Below are positions 1 to 11,419 of a stretch of 64,000 nt of DNA, one piece after another. The notes under the pieces are model-generated. The model had not been told where the DNA came from. It was given only the letters and a program-made list of their open reading frames with translations, and searched no databases. The translations under genes were made by a program, and so were the position numbers. Each line of letters opens with the position of its first letter. The stretch's first letter is position 1. The stretch spans positions 332,577,402 through 332,641,401 of the forward strand of contig NC_085841.1 in the NCBI RefSeq assembly GCF_035594765.1. The letters run 5' to 3'. The stretch comes from Anolis carolinensis. Taxonomy: Eukaryota.

Positions 1-2044
1 CATGGATTGAGACTACACAACTTGTGAAGACAAGCACAGCTTACCAGACATGCATTATGATTTGTCAGGGGTTTTACGGTCCTTTGCTTTTCGCAGTTCC
101 AGACAAAAAGCATAAGTATAAAGTTTCCTGAAATCCTTATGGGTCACTATATATGTCTAACATGTCTAGCTTTGGTTTGGAAGATCCAAAGCTTTGCATG
201 CTCATATAAACCAATCAGTTTCTTTGGGCTCATAAAGAAGAAGAAAAGATAAGATAAATATCTAATATTTGGTGCAGAACAACACAAGATCCCTTGTGCC
301 ATGTCTTTTTGTTTCTTTACCAATGAACATGGAGGACATAGCTCTTCTGACTGGTAGTGGGTTTCTGGAGGTCATTTATATCACCAGTTTCTTTTAATCA
401 TAAATACTGAGAACACAGCCTGAGACCTTCTGCATATAAAAAACATGCTTTAATACTGAACTGCAATCTCTCCTAGTTGTAGCATTATATATTATTATTG
501 CAGTCAGGGCCATGGGCAATGCCATGAGTAGAATGCCTGAAAATGTGGGTTTATAGTGAATGAAATCTCTATTTTTCTTGGACATGATGATGACCATATG
601 AGAATAAATATGACACCAATAAAGAAAAACCGTAGCATGAGAGTTAATATAACCTTCATGCACTTGGATAGGACCTCTTTCTCTTCCAGAATTCTGTTTT
701 GTTACAAAAGGAACACAAAATAAATAGTCCCTCAAAAGAAAGCAGTGATAAGAGAAAGCATGAAATATGTTAAATGTTACTTCAATGGATTTGCAGGCAA
801 CTGCAGACCAGGCCCAGTTTAGTCTACACAACTTTAGGTGCCGAAATCTATTCTGTAATTAAGAGAGAAGGCAGTGCCTCAATGTTCGCATGAAGTTGTG
901 TGGCACTTGGCTGCCCTAATTATTCCAGTGAGAAAGAAGAGACCTCAGCCGTTTAATGGATCCACTTCTTCTTTTGAAACATTTCTATTGCTTGGGCTAA
1001 AGGGATGCTTGGAAGAAAGACTGTCTGAGATCCATTTGTAAACAACTCTATCTCTCTGACTGGTAGAAGTGTCAGGTGTAACAATTAATGATGAAATTAA
1101 TGTGTAGGCAAGAACCATGAGTTTATTGGTATTCCATTCTCAATTAGAAATCTTTTAATCGGGTTGAAAGCATTTATGGTACAAATTATAAGCTATTGAT
1201 CTATCTCAATGCTGTTGCGTGAAAAGAGTGAGCTCATTCCACGGCAAAACCACCATGGATACCTGCCAAGTCCCAATACTGTCATACTTCTTTGACCTTG
1301 ATGAAACACTAGTCTAGCTGTTTCATAGCCAGCACCTTCCAGATATCTGCTCTGCAAATCTCTTCCTGATTCATGAATAGGTTTCTGCCACATCACTACC
1401 TTCTGAGGAGCAATCTAGTGTTGCCTAAAATCTCGTGTTGTCCCAATGCTATTACTTGAGATCTCTTTCCCAGTTACACCCATTGTTCTACTATAGGCCC
1501 TGGCTCAGGTAGACCTCCCTGTTTCTGAAGCAGAGTTCTTTGAGGGACTTCTGGGTGCTAGATGACTAATATACTACAATGTTCTTCAGCATGGTCTTTA
1601 GCACAATGATACTTTTATCTTTCATGATGCAACCACTGTCAATGTACACACTACTCTCAGCATCTCCCTTTTGCTTCTCAACAAGAAACCTCAACTACTT
1701 CTTAGAACAGCTGAGCCACTTTTTTATAGCCTGCGTGATTGTCCATGTGCTTAGTGAGGGACGCATTCTACCATGTGACTAGCTGTGGTGATAACTATTT
1801 GCATTTTGTACAAAACTTAGGAACAAATATCTTCACCTAGTTCTAACTAGGCTATGGAATGGAATGGATTAATATTTCTTGTGTTGTATCCCCAGTAAAG
1901 GTCTGATTAATAAAATGCAGATGCCTCTTAGGGGTACTTTAAGAGAAATAACTCCAAAATAGCCATACGAGGTTGAAGTGGGAAATGCAGTGTTCTCCCT
2001 TTTCTTGGATTCTAGTATTTATTTGTATGTTTATTCATTTAGAG

Positions 2045-2179
2045 TAGTAGTTCCCAAATTTTAGTTTCTAGATGTTTTGGACTGGAGTTCCTGGAATTTC
2101 TGTCTCTTGCCCATGTTGTCTGAAGCTTCTGGAAGCTAATGACCAAAACACATGAAGGACCAAAGTTTGGGAACTACTG
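2045..2179. mobile_element. hAT-type palindromic MITE
   Basis: TIRs tagtagttcccaaa / tttgggaactactg; 8-bp TSD atttagag (2037-2044) / atatagag (2180-2187). Confidence 0.8.
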
Positions 2180-2194
2180 ATATAGAGTATTTAT

Positions 2195-2864
2195 TAGAGA
2201 TGTGCACAGTATTTGTTTCATCTGTTCCATTCATTTATTCTTTTAGTATCGTCCATTTGGATGCATGAAACGAAATATGCCATTTTCAGATGAAACAAAA
2301 GGCAACACAAAAAAGAAAGCTGCATGGTCACTGTGCTTGCTTTCATTTTCCTTTTGTTTCGGGCTGCATAACAATAAGCAGGTACTGACAGAGGGCTGCT
2401 TTCCCATTACAGCTGATGTGTACCAATGGGCGTTGGTAATAATATTACTATTAATAACAATAGTTATTCTGGGACCCTAAGCTGAGTCTGAGAGAGGTCT
2501 GCTTCCCCATGACAGCTGATGTGTATCAATGGGTGTTAATAATAATATTAATATTAATAACAATAGTACTCTGGGGAAGACCCAAACGTTTTAAAAGTTG
2601 GTGGGCTAAAAGGGGTCAACATGCCCTCCATGTGTGGCGATTTTCACCTCTCTAACCCAAAAACCGAGCTGGGGGGGGATGAGGCTTAAAAGCCCTCCCA
2701 TTGCTGCCAATGGTCTGAAAATTTTCATTTTTTTCATAAGCGGGACAAAAACTCTTATTTGTATAGGCACTCGGTTTTCAGAAATTGGGACAAATACAAA
2801 ACTGATACAAAATGAATGAAACTAAACAAAGTGAACAGCGATTCCATACAAATGCACACCACTA
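2195..2864. mobile_element. Non-autonomous hAT element (TAG..TGTGCA termini)
   Basis: Termini tagagatgtgca / tgcacaccacta; perfect 8-bp TSD gtatttat at 2187-2194 and 2865-2872; internal ~100-bp direct repeat. Confidence 0.85.
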
Positions 2865-4426
2865 GTATTTATACTCTGATTCTTAATTTGGCAGTAGTTC
2901 CCTGCCCTCACCTTTTCTCCCACTGCAGCCAGGAAAGTGGCAGTCAGGATGGAGGGGAGGGGGGGGCTTTTTATCTGCTTCTGGGTTTAGGCATGATGGA
3001 GCTGTGCCTCTTCTTCTTAGGGCAGGGTAGTGAACTGTGGTTACAGTAGTGAAAAGTAATTGCAGCTTGAGATTTCTTTTAAACCTAAGAACATTTCATT
3101 CACTCCTAAATAATTATCCTTTTCCACATTATTCTTCAATGTTCTAGAGAAGTGAAGAATGGTATCTTGTTCTCTTCTCTCGCTTAAGATTTTTATTTAA
3201 ACTAGTATGACTTTCTTACTAATTTTCTCCTTCAGGTATTTTTGCTATCCAGTCACTAGCGTAAAGTTTTGCTGTTCTATCAAGCAAGTTTGGTGGATGT
3301 TGATCAGTGCATGAAATCAGTTCTTAAATGGCTGCAAAATTGCCTGCCTTCAGACTGTTTTGATCACAAGGGCTTTCAAGTGTCAAAGTCATTTGGAGAA
3401 CTAGATAGATAAAATGCATGAGCACTGAGCTTTTTCCAGGATAGAATAAATAAATATGTTTTCAACTGTGTACTTTTCCTTTGATAGTGATTTGTTAAAA
3501 AAAATGATGGGTGTAGAGTAGAAGAGAAAAGCAATGATATTAAATATTTACAAGAGTGATTTAGTTGTGTAATCTTGTGTTGTATGTCCCTGTTCAATAG
3601 TGAAATCAGCTACTGTTGAAGGAAATCCCATCAAATTGTTAGTTCTGTGAAGGTCACTGGCTAAACAATGTTGAAGCAATTTTATAGAAAGTAATGATTT
3701 TTCTCAGATTTTCATTGCAATCCGCTTCTTCCCTTTTTGTTGCCTTTTCAAACTTAAGTGAATACAGTTTAGGACTCTGTGACTCGTTTTTTCTTTCCCC
3801 ACTGAGCGATCTCAGAGCTAGAAAGAGTTTTGCAAGTTTCATATTTTCTTGCACTTAAAAAAGGTTTGTTGTAGAAGAGATGAGGCTGTTATAGTTGCAT
3901 TGGTGGGTGTCACAAGTGGAGATTTCGCAAACTTCAGTTTAAAGCTGAGAGGATTCTCCAGTGATCACTTTATTTGCATATTAAACTATACACATTAAAT
4001 ATGTTTTGGGAGGTTTAGGTCTGGAGGAAGGACACATCTTTCACAGTAAATTTGTAGCTGCTTGCTGGGGTAGTTTACAGGTCTAGTTCCCTTTATTGCC
4101 AAGGCCTGGTCAGCTTCTGATGTGTTATAGTGATCCTGAGATGATTTTCCTTCATCAGTGTCAAATATTTTATATGTGTGCCCTCAGATAGTGACAGTTA
4201 ATTAGTTATGGCTTCAAGTTCAGTTATAGTTCTGGAATGGTAATTGGAAATCCCAGTGTAAAATATGAGCCTATAGTCACATGAAATATTAATCCTATTA
4301 TGATAGCAAAGACATATTAAGAGATAATGTGAGCACTTATAGGGAAATTTAAGATCCTGCAAGGACAGTGGTTTTCAACTTCAACAAACTTACAGTTGGT
4401 TTTGTAAATGGGATGGAGGCCATATA

Positions 4427-4503
4427 CAGAGTGTTTGAAAAAGAACTCCCTATTCACCATTTAAATTAAATGGTGAATAGGGAGTTCTTTTTCAAACACC
4501 CTG
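4427..4503. mobile_element. 77-bp mariner-type hairpin MITE
   Basis: Two 37-bp inverted arms (1 mismatch) separated by AAT; starts TA|CAG, ends CTG|TG (probably a mutated TA TSD). Confidence 0.8.
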
Positions 4504-4621
4504 TGTAACCTGTGGGACTCCAATTTGTGGTCAGCCTCCTGCTATGACTTACCAGTGCTTTTTGTCATTTGGGGTTACTTTTTCAGTCCAACACCCTCCA
4601 ACAGCAATAGTAGCAACAACA

Positions 4622-4945
4622 AATTTATTACCTACTTCTCCTTGCAGCTCGAGGCAGAGTACAACAGGGTTAAAACAGATAGATAAAATACAACACTATT
4701 AAAATACATATAACAACATACACACAAGACCACAATAATAACATTCAAGTTAAAATGGAATATCGTTATTATTAACTTTATATATATTCCACTTTTCATC
4801 CTGTGGGGATTCAAGAGGCTAACAGTCAGTCACACACTGTGATCAATTTAAAACAAACCAAATGCAAAAAACTTTTAAAAACAGTTAAACAGTACTATGT
4901 GAGTTAGGTTAAAATACACACAAAACACAATAAATACCATTACAA
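4622..4945 (-). mobile_element. Degenerate L2 LINE 3' ends (two stacked)
   Basis: Motifs acttctccttgcagctcgaggcagagtaca and ttccacttttcatcctgtggggattcaagaggctaaca resemble the reverse complement of the L2 3' terminus at 8137-8190, each followed by A/C-rich UTR-like sequence. Confidence 0.45.
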
Positions 4946-7504
4946 TGCAGTGTATTTTGGTAGGCTAATGGCTCAAATCACTGCAAAGTGCTGTAGAGTT
5001 GCCCCCACAACCTCCAATGACTCCCAACATAACTTAAAGCCTGAAAAGACATTGGAAAAATGCAGAAAACAGAATCAAAGTGAAGTGCGGGAGTGAATAA
5101 TGCCCCTAGCCTCTCTGCAGTTGCTCTCCGTGGTCTAGTACTTAAACTGATCAGCATGTAAACATATATTCTTGTGTTTTTGTCCCAGTTGCATTTATAG
5201 ACATTAAGTATTTACAAAGGCAATTTAGCTTAATTTAACTTTATGTGGCATTGCCTCACTATTTATTCAGGAGAAGGTCAAGTCATAATTTCTTGACATA
5301 GAAAAATCACTTCCGTAGTATGTTTTCTTTCTCCTCTTTCATCGTGATTTTAATTTCCTTTTTCAAATCCATTATGAAAGATATTGGCTTAGTTTTAGCC
5401 CATAATTTAGAAATATATTCAATGCAGTTTTTTCTGTTTTGTACTGTTTCCTTAATTTTTTTGACTCCACTGTTTCTTTGTGTCAGTAGTTCATGATTAC
5501 TATAGTTAGGTAGGTAGATATCTGGATGTCTGGGAATTCAAGGAAGATTCTATGTACTTACTTCTGAGGATCTTTCTGAGAACTTTCCTGTAACATGTTG
5601 CATCTGGGGGAAATCTTTAAGTCTTCTTTGGGGGAAAATATGAAATACCTTCACTTATCTTATCTTACATTGTATCATATTATTAAATGAGTTTTAGAAG
5701 GAATCATTGCAATTAATTTTTAGTAAAGTGTTCCTAACCCCTGGGATTTTTTGCACATTGCGGTGACTGGCAGAAGCAACAAGATGCTTCAGGAAGTAAG
5801 TACTCAACTGTGGGCATTCTGTAACAATATAATAATGATTCAAGCTACAAACTCATCTTGCCTACTGAGTGTGAACTTGGAAGAGGAATGGACTTAATTC
5901 ATGACTTTGTAAGAGAAAGGGTCAGAAAGTTAAAGCTTTAAAGTTTCCTGGCCCAGTGTTTACAGCCACAACGATCCATTAGAATAATGAAATCCAGATA
6001 TTGGTAGGACAATCGCCTTATTAATTATTTAGAAGGTACAGAATAGCAAATGCTACAGGGCTCTCAGGCTGGGTGATGTTATTAAAGCAAAGTATAGACT
6101 GTTTAACTATAGTTGCAATATTAAAATAAGCTTTTTCATAGCTTCAGATAATGGAGGTGTGGGAGGAAAGTTGTGGGAAGAGCTATGCTTGGGCCTGATG
6201 TGAGTCAAAAGCAGGCACTGCTGAATCTAATGCTGAAATTTGGTTCTCTTTTTGGTGGTGCTCTTCTGCATTTGACAGATCATAACACTTTTTCTATTTT
6301 TAAAAAATGGTATTTTAACAAAATACTTCACTATAATAGTTAAAGGGTATCACTTTTTCTGGTGTTCCAAACCTAAGGAATATATAAGTTCTGACTATAT
6401 ATAATGATCTGTAAAAACTTGTTTATTGCAAAACAGATGATGGAAAACTAATTCTGTGTTATAGAAAATACCTCATATTGTTCCTGGTACATATTCTAAG
6501 GATGAGGATGTTGAGAAATTATTGAATTGACATGTCTTGTGATGGGTAGAAAGATGTTTGGTACAGGACTTTTTCTTTGGAAGAGTGGATAGCAATAGCA
6601 GACCTAGAAACCCCCACTTTGAAGCTATTGAACAGTATTTCGGTAGATTTGTAGTTCAGGCGATCCAGTAAAAAACTGATAGCTAAGAGATGGAAAGAAG
6701 GCTGAAATAATGGAAAAAATAGAAACTGGAATAAAGTTAAGTTTTTTGCATCATCAAAATAAGACACTATCCATTTCTGTGGGTTTTTCCACTCCAGTCT
6801 GGCCACCACTAGCTGACTCCATAAGGTGTATACAAAGAGCTAATGGCTGGAATAGAACATAGGAGTCAGTTTTCACTTATTATTTTAAAATGTATTTGTC
6901 ATTAGCTGTATAGGTCCACTTGTAGATATATCAAACAAATGCTTAGAAATGTGCCTAAGTAGCATGCTACATTCTGTGCCAAAGTGCTTCTTTTTGTGGG
7001 ATTTGTTTACCAAGTTGACAACAAGTGGAGAAGAATCAAGTTACAAATAAAAGCTAAACAAATCTTTATTGGAAAATTTGAGTTTTGCCAGGAAATTGGA
7101 TGATTAACTTTCATTGTAAATTGTGATTGTGCATTGCTCCCATAAATAGCATTGAGGAAAGAAAAGAAAAGGGGACAGCAGAAGAACAAAATGAAATCAA
7201 GCGTCTCTTATTACTAGATTATCTACCTGGCTCTTGACTTGGCTGCATATTTATTATGGGGTAAGGCTCTGGTTACAGCCAGCATTCAGGTATTTGCCTA
7301 CTGCCTTTTGGGGAATACACCATAAATAGTTGTAATAGAGCTAGTTAATCAATCCATTCAATTGAAGGTTAAATTGTAGGTTTACAGGCTTCCCAGGGGT
7401 ACTTATCATGGAACAATATATGTGAGAGTGCACAACAGGCCATTTTGCCAGTCAACAGAGCTTTCCATTATTGTTTCCGCTGTCCAGAATGATTAGAAAT
7501 GGAA

Positions 7505-8200
7505 ACCTATTAAGCTCTAAATGGTTCGGGACCCACCTACCTTCGTGACCGTGTTTTCCCCTATGAACCTGCACGATCCCTTCGATCAGCTGGGGAGGTC
7601 CTTCTCTCACTCCCACCCCCATCACAAGCTCTTCTTGTTGGAACGAAGGAGCGGGCCTTCTTGGTAGTGGCCCCCTGGAACTGGAACTCCCTTCCTAGGG
7701 AGATCAGACAAGCACCCACCCTAACATCTTTTAAAAAGGAACTAAACACTTGACTCTTCCAGTGCACTTTTGAATAACCTAGTCCCCATGATCCAAATTC
7801 CACCTAATCAAATGCATCATATTTCGCACTTTATTCCACCCTCTCCTAGATTTAACTAGACGTCCTACCTCACTCCAATGTTGAGAATGCTCACACTTTG
7901 TCTTTTTCGCCCCAAAGTACCTTTTAACACATCAAGCACTTTAGCTTTAGTAGCCTTCCCATGTTACTCCCTTCTCTAAACTGGTGGTCTTTTATCTCAT
8001 TATTTCATGTTTGAAATTGGTTTTTACTGTTATTGTATTGCATATGTATTTATGCCTGATTTTAGTGTGTCTTGCTTATTTGAATTCGCTGTTTTATCTG
8101 TTTTACTTAGTTTTATTGTTCTTGAGCTTTGCCCTGTGTTAGCCACCCCGAGTCCCTACGGGGAGATGGAGGCGGGATGGAAAAATGAAGTTATTATTAT
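7505..8200 (+). mobile_element. L2 LINE, 5'-truncated (ORF2 C-terminus + 3'UTR + TTA tail)
   Basis: + strand reads TY*ALNGSGPTYLRDRVFPYEPARSLRS...ERAFLVVAPWNWNSLPREIRQAPTLTSFKKEL, ending TAA at 7777; 3' end tgttagccaccccgagtccc...ggaggcggga then (TTA)n; homologous to 63507-63902. Confidence 0.9.
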
Positions 8201-8201
8201 T

Positions 8202-9318
8202 GTATGACACAGCAAACATGATAGATATGCTCGATTTCATATCACAAAATCACTAGTCGAACACTTCCCAAGTGTTTAGGACTGTGTGATGTATTTTTGG
8301 ATGATGCGCGCAGATCCCAGTAGGGTGGCCTTTTGCAGTTGGCAGATCGTAATTTTGTCAATGTCTATTGTTTCCAAATGCCACCTGAGATCTTTTGGCA
8401 TGGCACCCAATGTGCCGATCACCACCGGAACCACCTGCACTGGTTTTTGCCAGAGTCTTTGAAGTTCAATCTTGAGGTCCTGATAGCGGCTGAGTTTTTC
8501 CTGTTGTTTTTCGTCAATGTGACTGTCACCTGGGATGGCAACATCAATGATCCAAACCTTTTTCTTTTCCACAACTGTGATGTCTGGTGTGTTGTGTTCC
8601 AGAACTTTGTCAGTTTGGATTCAGAAGTCCCACAGTATCTTTGCGTGCTCATTTTCCAATACTTTTGCAGGTTTGTGATCCCACCAGTTCTTTGCTGTTG
8701 GGAGGTGGTACTTGAGGCATAAGTTCCAATTAATCATTTGGGCCACATAGTTGTGCCTCTGTTTGTAGTCTGTGAGATTTTCTTACAGCAGCTGAGGATA
8801 TGATCAATGGTTTTGTCGGTTTCCTTGCACAGTCTGCATTCAGCTGATTTTTCGATCTTGACGCTAATTGCAGTTGTTCTGATGGCTTGCTCCTGGGCTG
8901 CAAGGATCAGGCCTTCTGTCTCCTTCTTCAGGGTCCCATTCGTGAGCCATAGCCAGGTCTTCTCCTTATCAGTTTTTCCTTCAATTTTGTCAAGGAACTT
9001 TCCATGCAATGTTTTGTTGTGCCAGCTGCCAGCTCTAGTTTGTAGTGTGGTTTTCTTGTACTGGTTTTTTGTCTGCTGTGCTTTGAGAAGTTTCTGATTT
9101 TTGACTTCAATCAAAGCAGGTTCTTCACTTTGCTTTACATATTCTGCCAGGACATGTTCTTCTTCTTTGACTGCTTGTTTTACTTGTAAGAGTCCTCTGC
9201 CCCCTGATCTTCTAGGCAGATATAGCCGGTCAACATCACTGCGAGAGTGCAGTGAATGATGAATGGTCATGAGTTTTCTTGTTTTTCTGTCCAAATTGTC
9301 CAGTTCCACCTGTGTCCA

Positions 9319-9320
<2 letters not shown>
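8202..9320 (-). mobile_element. R4/Dong-clade non-LTR retrotransposon, 5'-truncated, with CCHC knuckle and restriction-like endonuclease
   Basis: ORF 8734-9309 (RLYLPRRSGGRGL...CRLCKETDKTIDHILSCC) and ORF 8276-8572, which with the codons just upstream reads PDITVVEKKKVWIIDVAIPGD...EKLSRYQDL; joined by a frameshift near 8770 and a WDF*IQTD stop; (TTA)n on both flanks. Confidence 0.9.

Positions 9321-9373
<53 letters not shown>
9321..9373 (+). repeat. (TTA)n microsatellite
   Basis: About 17 TTA units at the 5' junction of the R4/Dong element. Confidence 0.95.
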
Positions 9374-9375
<2 letters not shown>

Positions 9376-9481
9376 ATGGAAAATGATATTAAGTGGTGGG
9401 AGTATGAGTCCATGGCACCACCTGTTGCACTGTACCCATATGGAAGGATGTTGGCTGTTTTATATCTTCTAGGAAAACTTG

Positions 9482-9765
9482 CTGTATATACTCATGTATA
9501 TATCAACCTCATGTATAAGTAAAGGAGAGGTTTTGGGGCCAAAATTAGAATTTTGATATGACCATGGATACGTTGTGAGCCATTTTTCAGAGAAGTAAAA
9601 ACACCAATGCTACCTTAGAGGGTTAGCCGCCTCAGGATACAGCCACAGCAGTAGAGGGGATAGGTGCTTCTTCTGTGTTCTTCTGGGATGGACTAAGCTT
9701 TTGCCTTTCACTGCTCTACCCCCCCCCCCTTTTTTTTTTTTGAAAAGAATTAAGGTACAGTAGTC
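9482..9765 (+). mobile_element. Degenerate TcMar (Tc2-like) DNA transposon left-end fragment
   Basis: Begins ctgtatatactcatgtata...catgtataagt, resembling CCGTATATACTCGAGTATAAG-type TIRs; no right TIR found. Confidence 0.5.
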
Positions 9766-10134
9766 ACACTGGCCCAAGTTTTCAGTTACACTAGTCACAT
9801 TGATCCAGATGACTTCTCAAATCATATGGGGATGATTATTTACATTTATATTAGTTGCATTCTCTGGAACCCAGTAAGGGTAATGATTTGATTCCATTAC
9901 TAGTATGGTGTCATTTTTTTTTAAATCAAACCTATATAGCTTGACCAGTGGTAGTTGGAAACAATGTATCTCCAGCTAGAAGCAATCACGTGCTAAATAT
10001 ATTAATGGACTCAAGGGTTGTTGTTGGTGGTGGGGTATTTCACTGGGTCTTTGATTTATAATTACCCTAATATGCCATGCTCTAGTGAGCTGAATTTTTA
10101 AGTGGGCTGAATTTTCTTGGCATATACATTTAGG

Positions 10135-10423
10135 CAGAGCCAGCGCTAGGTATTTTTCAAGTGTAGGCGAACAGAATTTTTGCGCCCCCCCCCCCAAAAC
10201 AATCTCTGAAAAATAAAAGTGTTGGATAAGCGAAAATGTTGGATAATAAGGAGGGATTAAGGAAAAGCCTGTTAAACATCAAATTACATTAAGATTTTAC
10301 AAATTAAGCACCAAAACATCATGTTTTACAACAAATCAACAGAAAAAGCAGTCTCGACTGCGCCCCCGTATGTTTGGCGCCTGAAGCGACTGCTTAATTC
10401 ACCTCATTGTTGGACCGGCTCTG
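10135..10423. mobile_element. hAT MITE carrying a captured mariner-MITE segment
   Basis: Termini cagagccagc / ccggctctg; perfect 8-bp TSD catttagg (10127-10134, 10424-10431); 10222-10352 matches 52017-52150. Confidence 0.85.
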
Positions 10424-10459
10424 CATTTAGGTTATTTGATTGTTATATTCGACATCTTC

Positions 10460-10752
10460 GTTTTTCTTTTTTTTAAAAAAATGTGTCTGGAGTAACTTGA
10501 GAAACTGCAAGTAGCTTCTGGTGTGAAATAACTGGCTGTCTGCAGGGGCCTAGCCCAGGGGATGCCCAGATGTTTCAATGTTTTACCATCCTTGTGAGAG
10601 GCTTCTCCCATATGCCCACATGGAGAGCTGGAGCTGACAAAGGGAGCTTATCCGCACTTTCCCCAGATTCGAACCAGCAACTTTCAGGTCAGCATCCCAA
10701 CCTTCAAGTTAGCAGTCCTGCCAGCAGAAGAGTTTAACCCATTGCACCACCA
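10460..10752 (-). mobile_element. tRNA-derived SINE (Anolis SINE2-like)
   Basis: Minus strand starts ggtggtgcaatgggttaa (A box), has ggttcgaatc (B box) and ends cttgcagtttctcaagttactccagacac plus an A-rich tail; 3' fragment of the same family at 42328-42390. Confidence 0.85.
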
Positions 10753-11206
10753 ATCAATGTAAGACAACAAAGCCAGTTATTGCTGAACATGTTTTTTTCC
10801 AGAAAGGAAGCTGGATTTTTTTTAGTCATAGCTACTTTTCCCTGGTTGTGGGATTTCTTGCTTCTATAATGCAAGAAGAAGCTTTGCTGATTTCAGCAGT
10901 GCTGCTGATAGGGTCTCCCATGTGAGACAAGCTATTGCTGAAGAACCAGACATAATGTGCCAAACAGCTACTGGGCAGTAGCAGAAGTGGAAGGAGACAC
11001 TGGTGGAGGATTTTTCAGAGACCATGGCAGTGATCCCATAGCTAATGCTTGTTAGTATAGTAGACCTCCTTTCCAACAGAATTGTAATTGTTCTAAATTT
11101 TTCATACCTTTCTTCAATTGTTAATGAAAATGGAGGTCAGAAGACTAGGATTTGGAAGAGCATCTATGAAGGAACTAGACAGGATCCTGAAATGTAAAGA
11201 TATATG

Positions 11207-11419
11207 CAGGCATTCTCAAGAGTTAAAAACATCCAACTCACAAACAATTCATAGTTAAGTACAGAGGTGAGACAACAGGAAGTGAGAGACATTTACCTCT
11301 AGGAAGGGAGATTCACCCTGAAAGAGTAATAGGGAAAAGATGACTCAACTGAAGCTTTATCATTGATCCTTATTTCTACAACAAACCATTTTTTTCAAAA
11401 TCTAATTATTACGGGGACA
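11207..11419 (+). mobile_element. Tigger/mariner-like MITE left arm
   Basis: caggcattctcaagagtta...gagacaacaggaagtgagaga...ctgaagctttatca aligns to the reverse complement of 52637-52940. Confidence 0.75.

Noticed and set aside
394-831. Longest non-transposon ORF (145 aa, minus strand)
   Set aside because: No recognisable domain, non-ATG start in the track, composition typical of AT-rich noise, no convincing splice sites.
3215-3380. Strong acceptor-like ctaattttctccttcag
   Set aside because: No sustained reading frame or clear donor downstream; such motifs occur by chance in 64 kb.
6500-6830. L1-like peptide KLIAKRWK
   Set aside because: Too short and degenerate to fix strand or boundaries.
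8333-9110. Overlapping ORFs 8333-8722, 8419-8652, 8807-9097 and 8928-9110
   Set aside because: Antisense or alternate-frame shadows of the R4/Dong ORF.
9263-9472. Poly-Ile ORF (and poly-Leu ORF at 40424-40618)
   Set aside because: Translations of (TTA)n microsatellites.
10690-10752. tRNA gene
   Set aside because: The A and B boxes belong to a SINE head and no cloverleaf is evident; the same applies at 63088.
10864-10981. FADFSSAADRVSH, resembling the RT motif LDFSKAFDxVxH
   Set aside because: No other RT motifs in the flanks; cannot be distinguished from chance.
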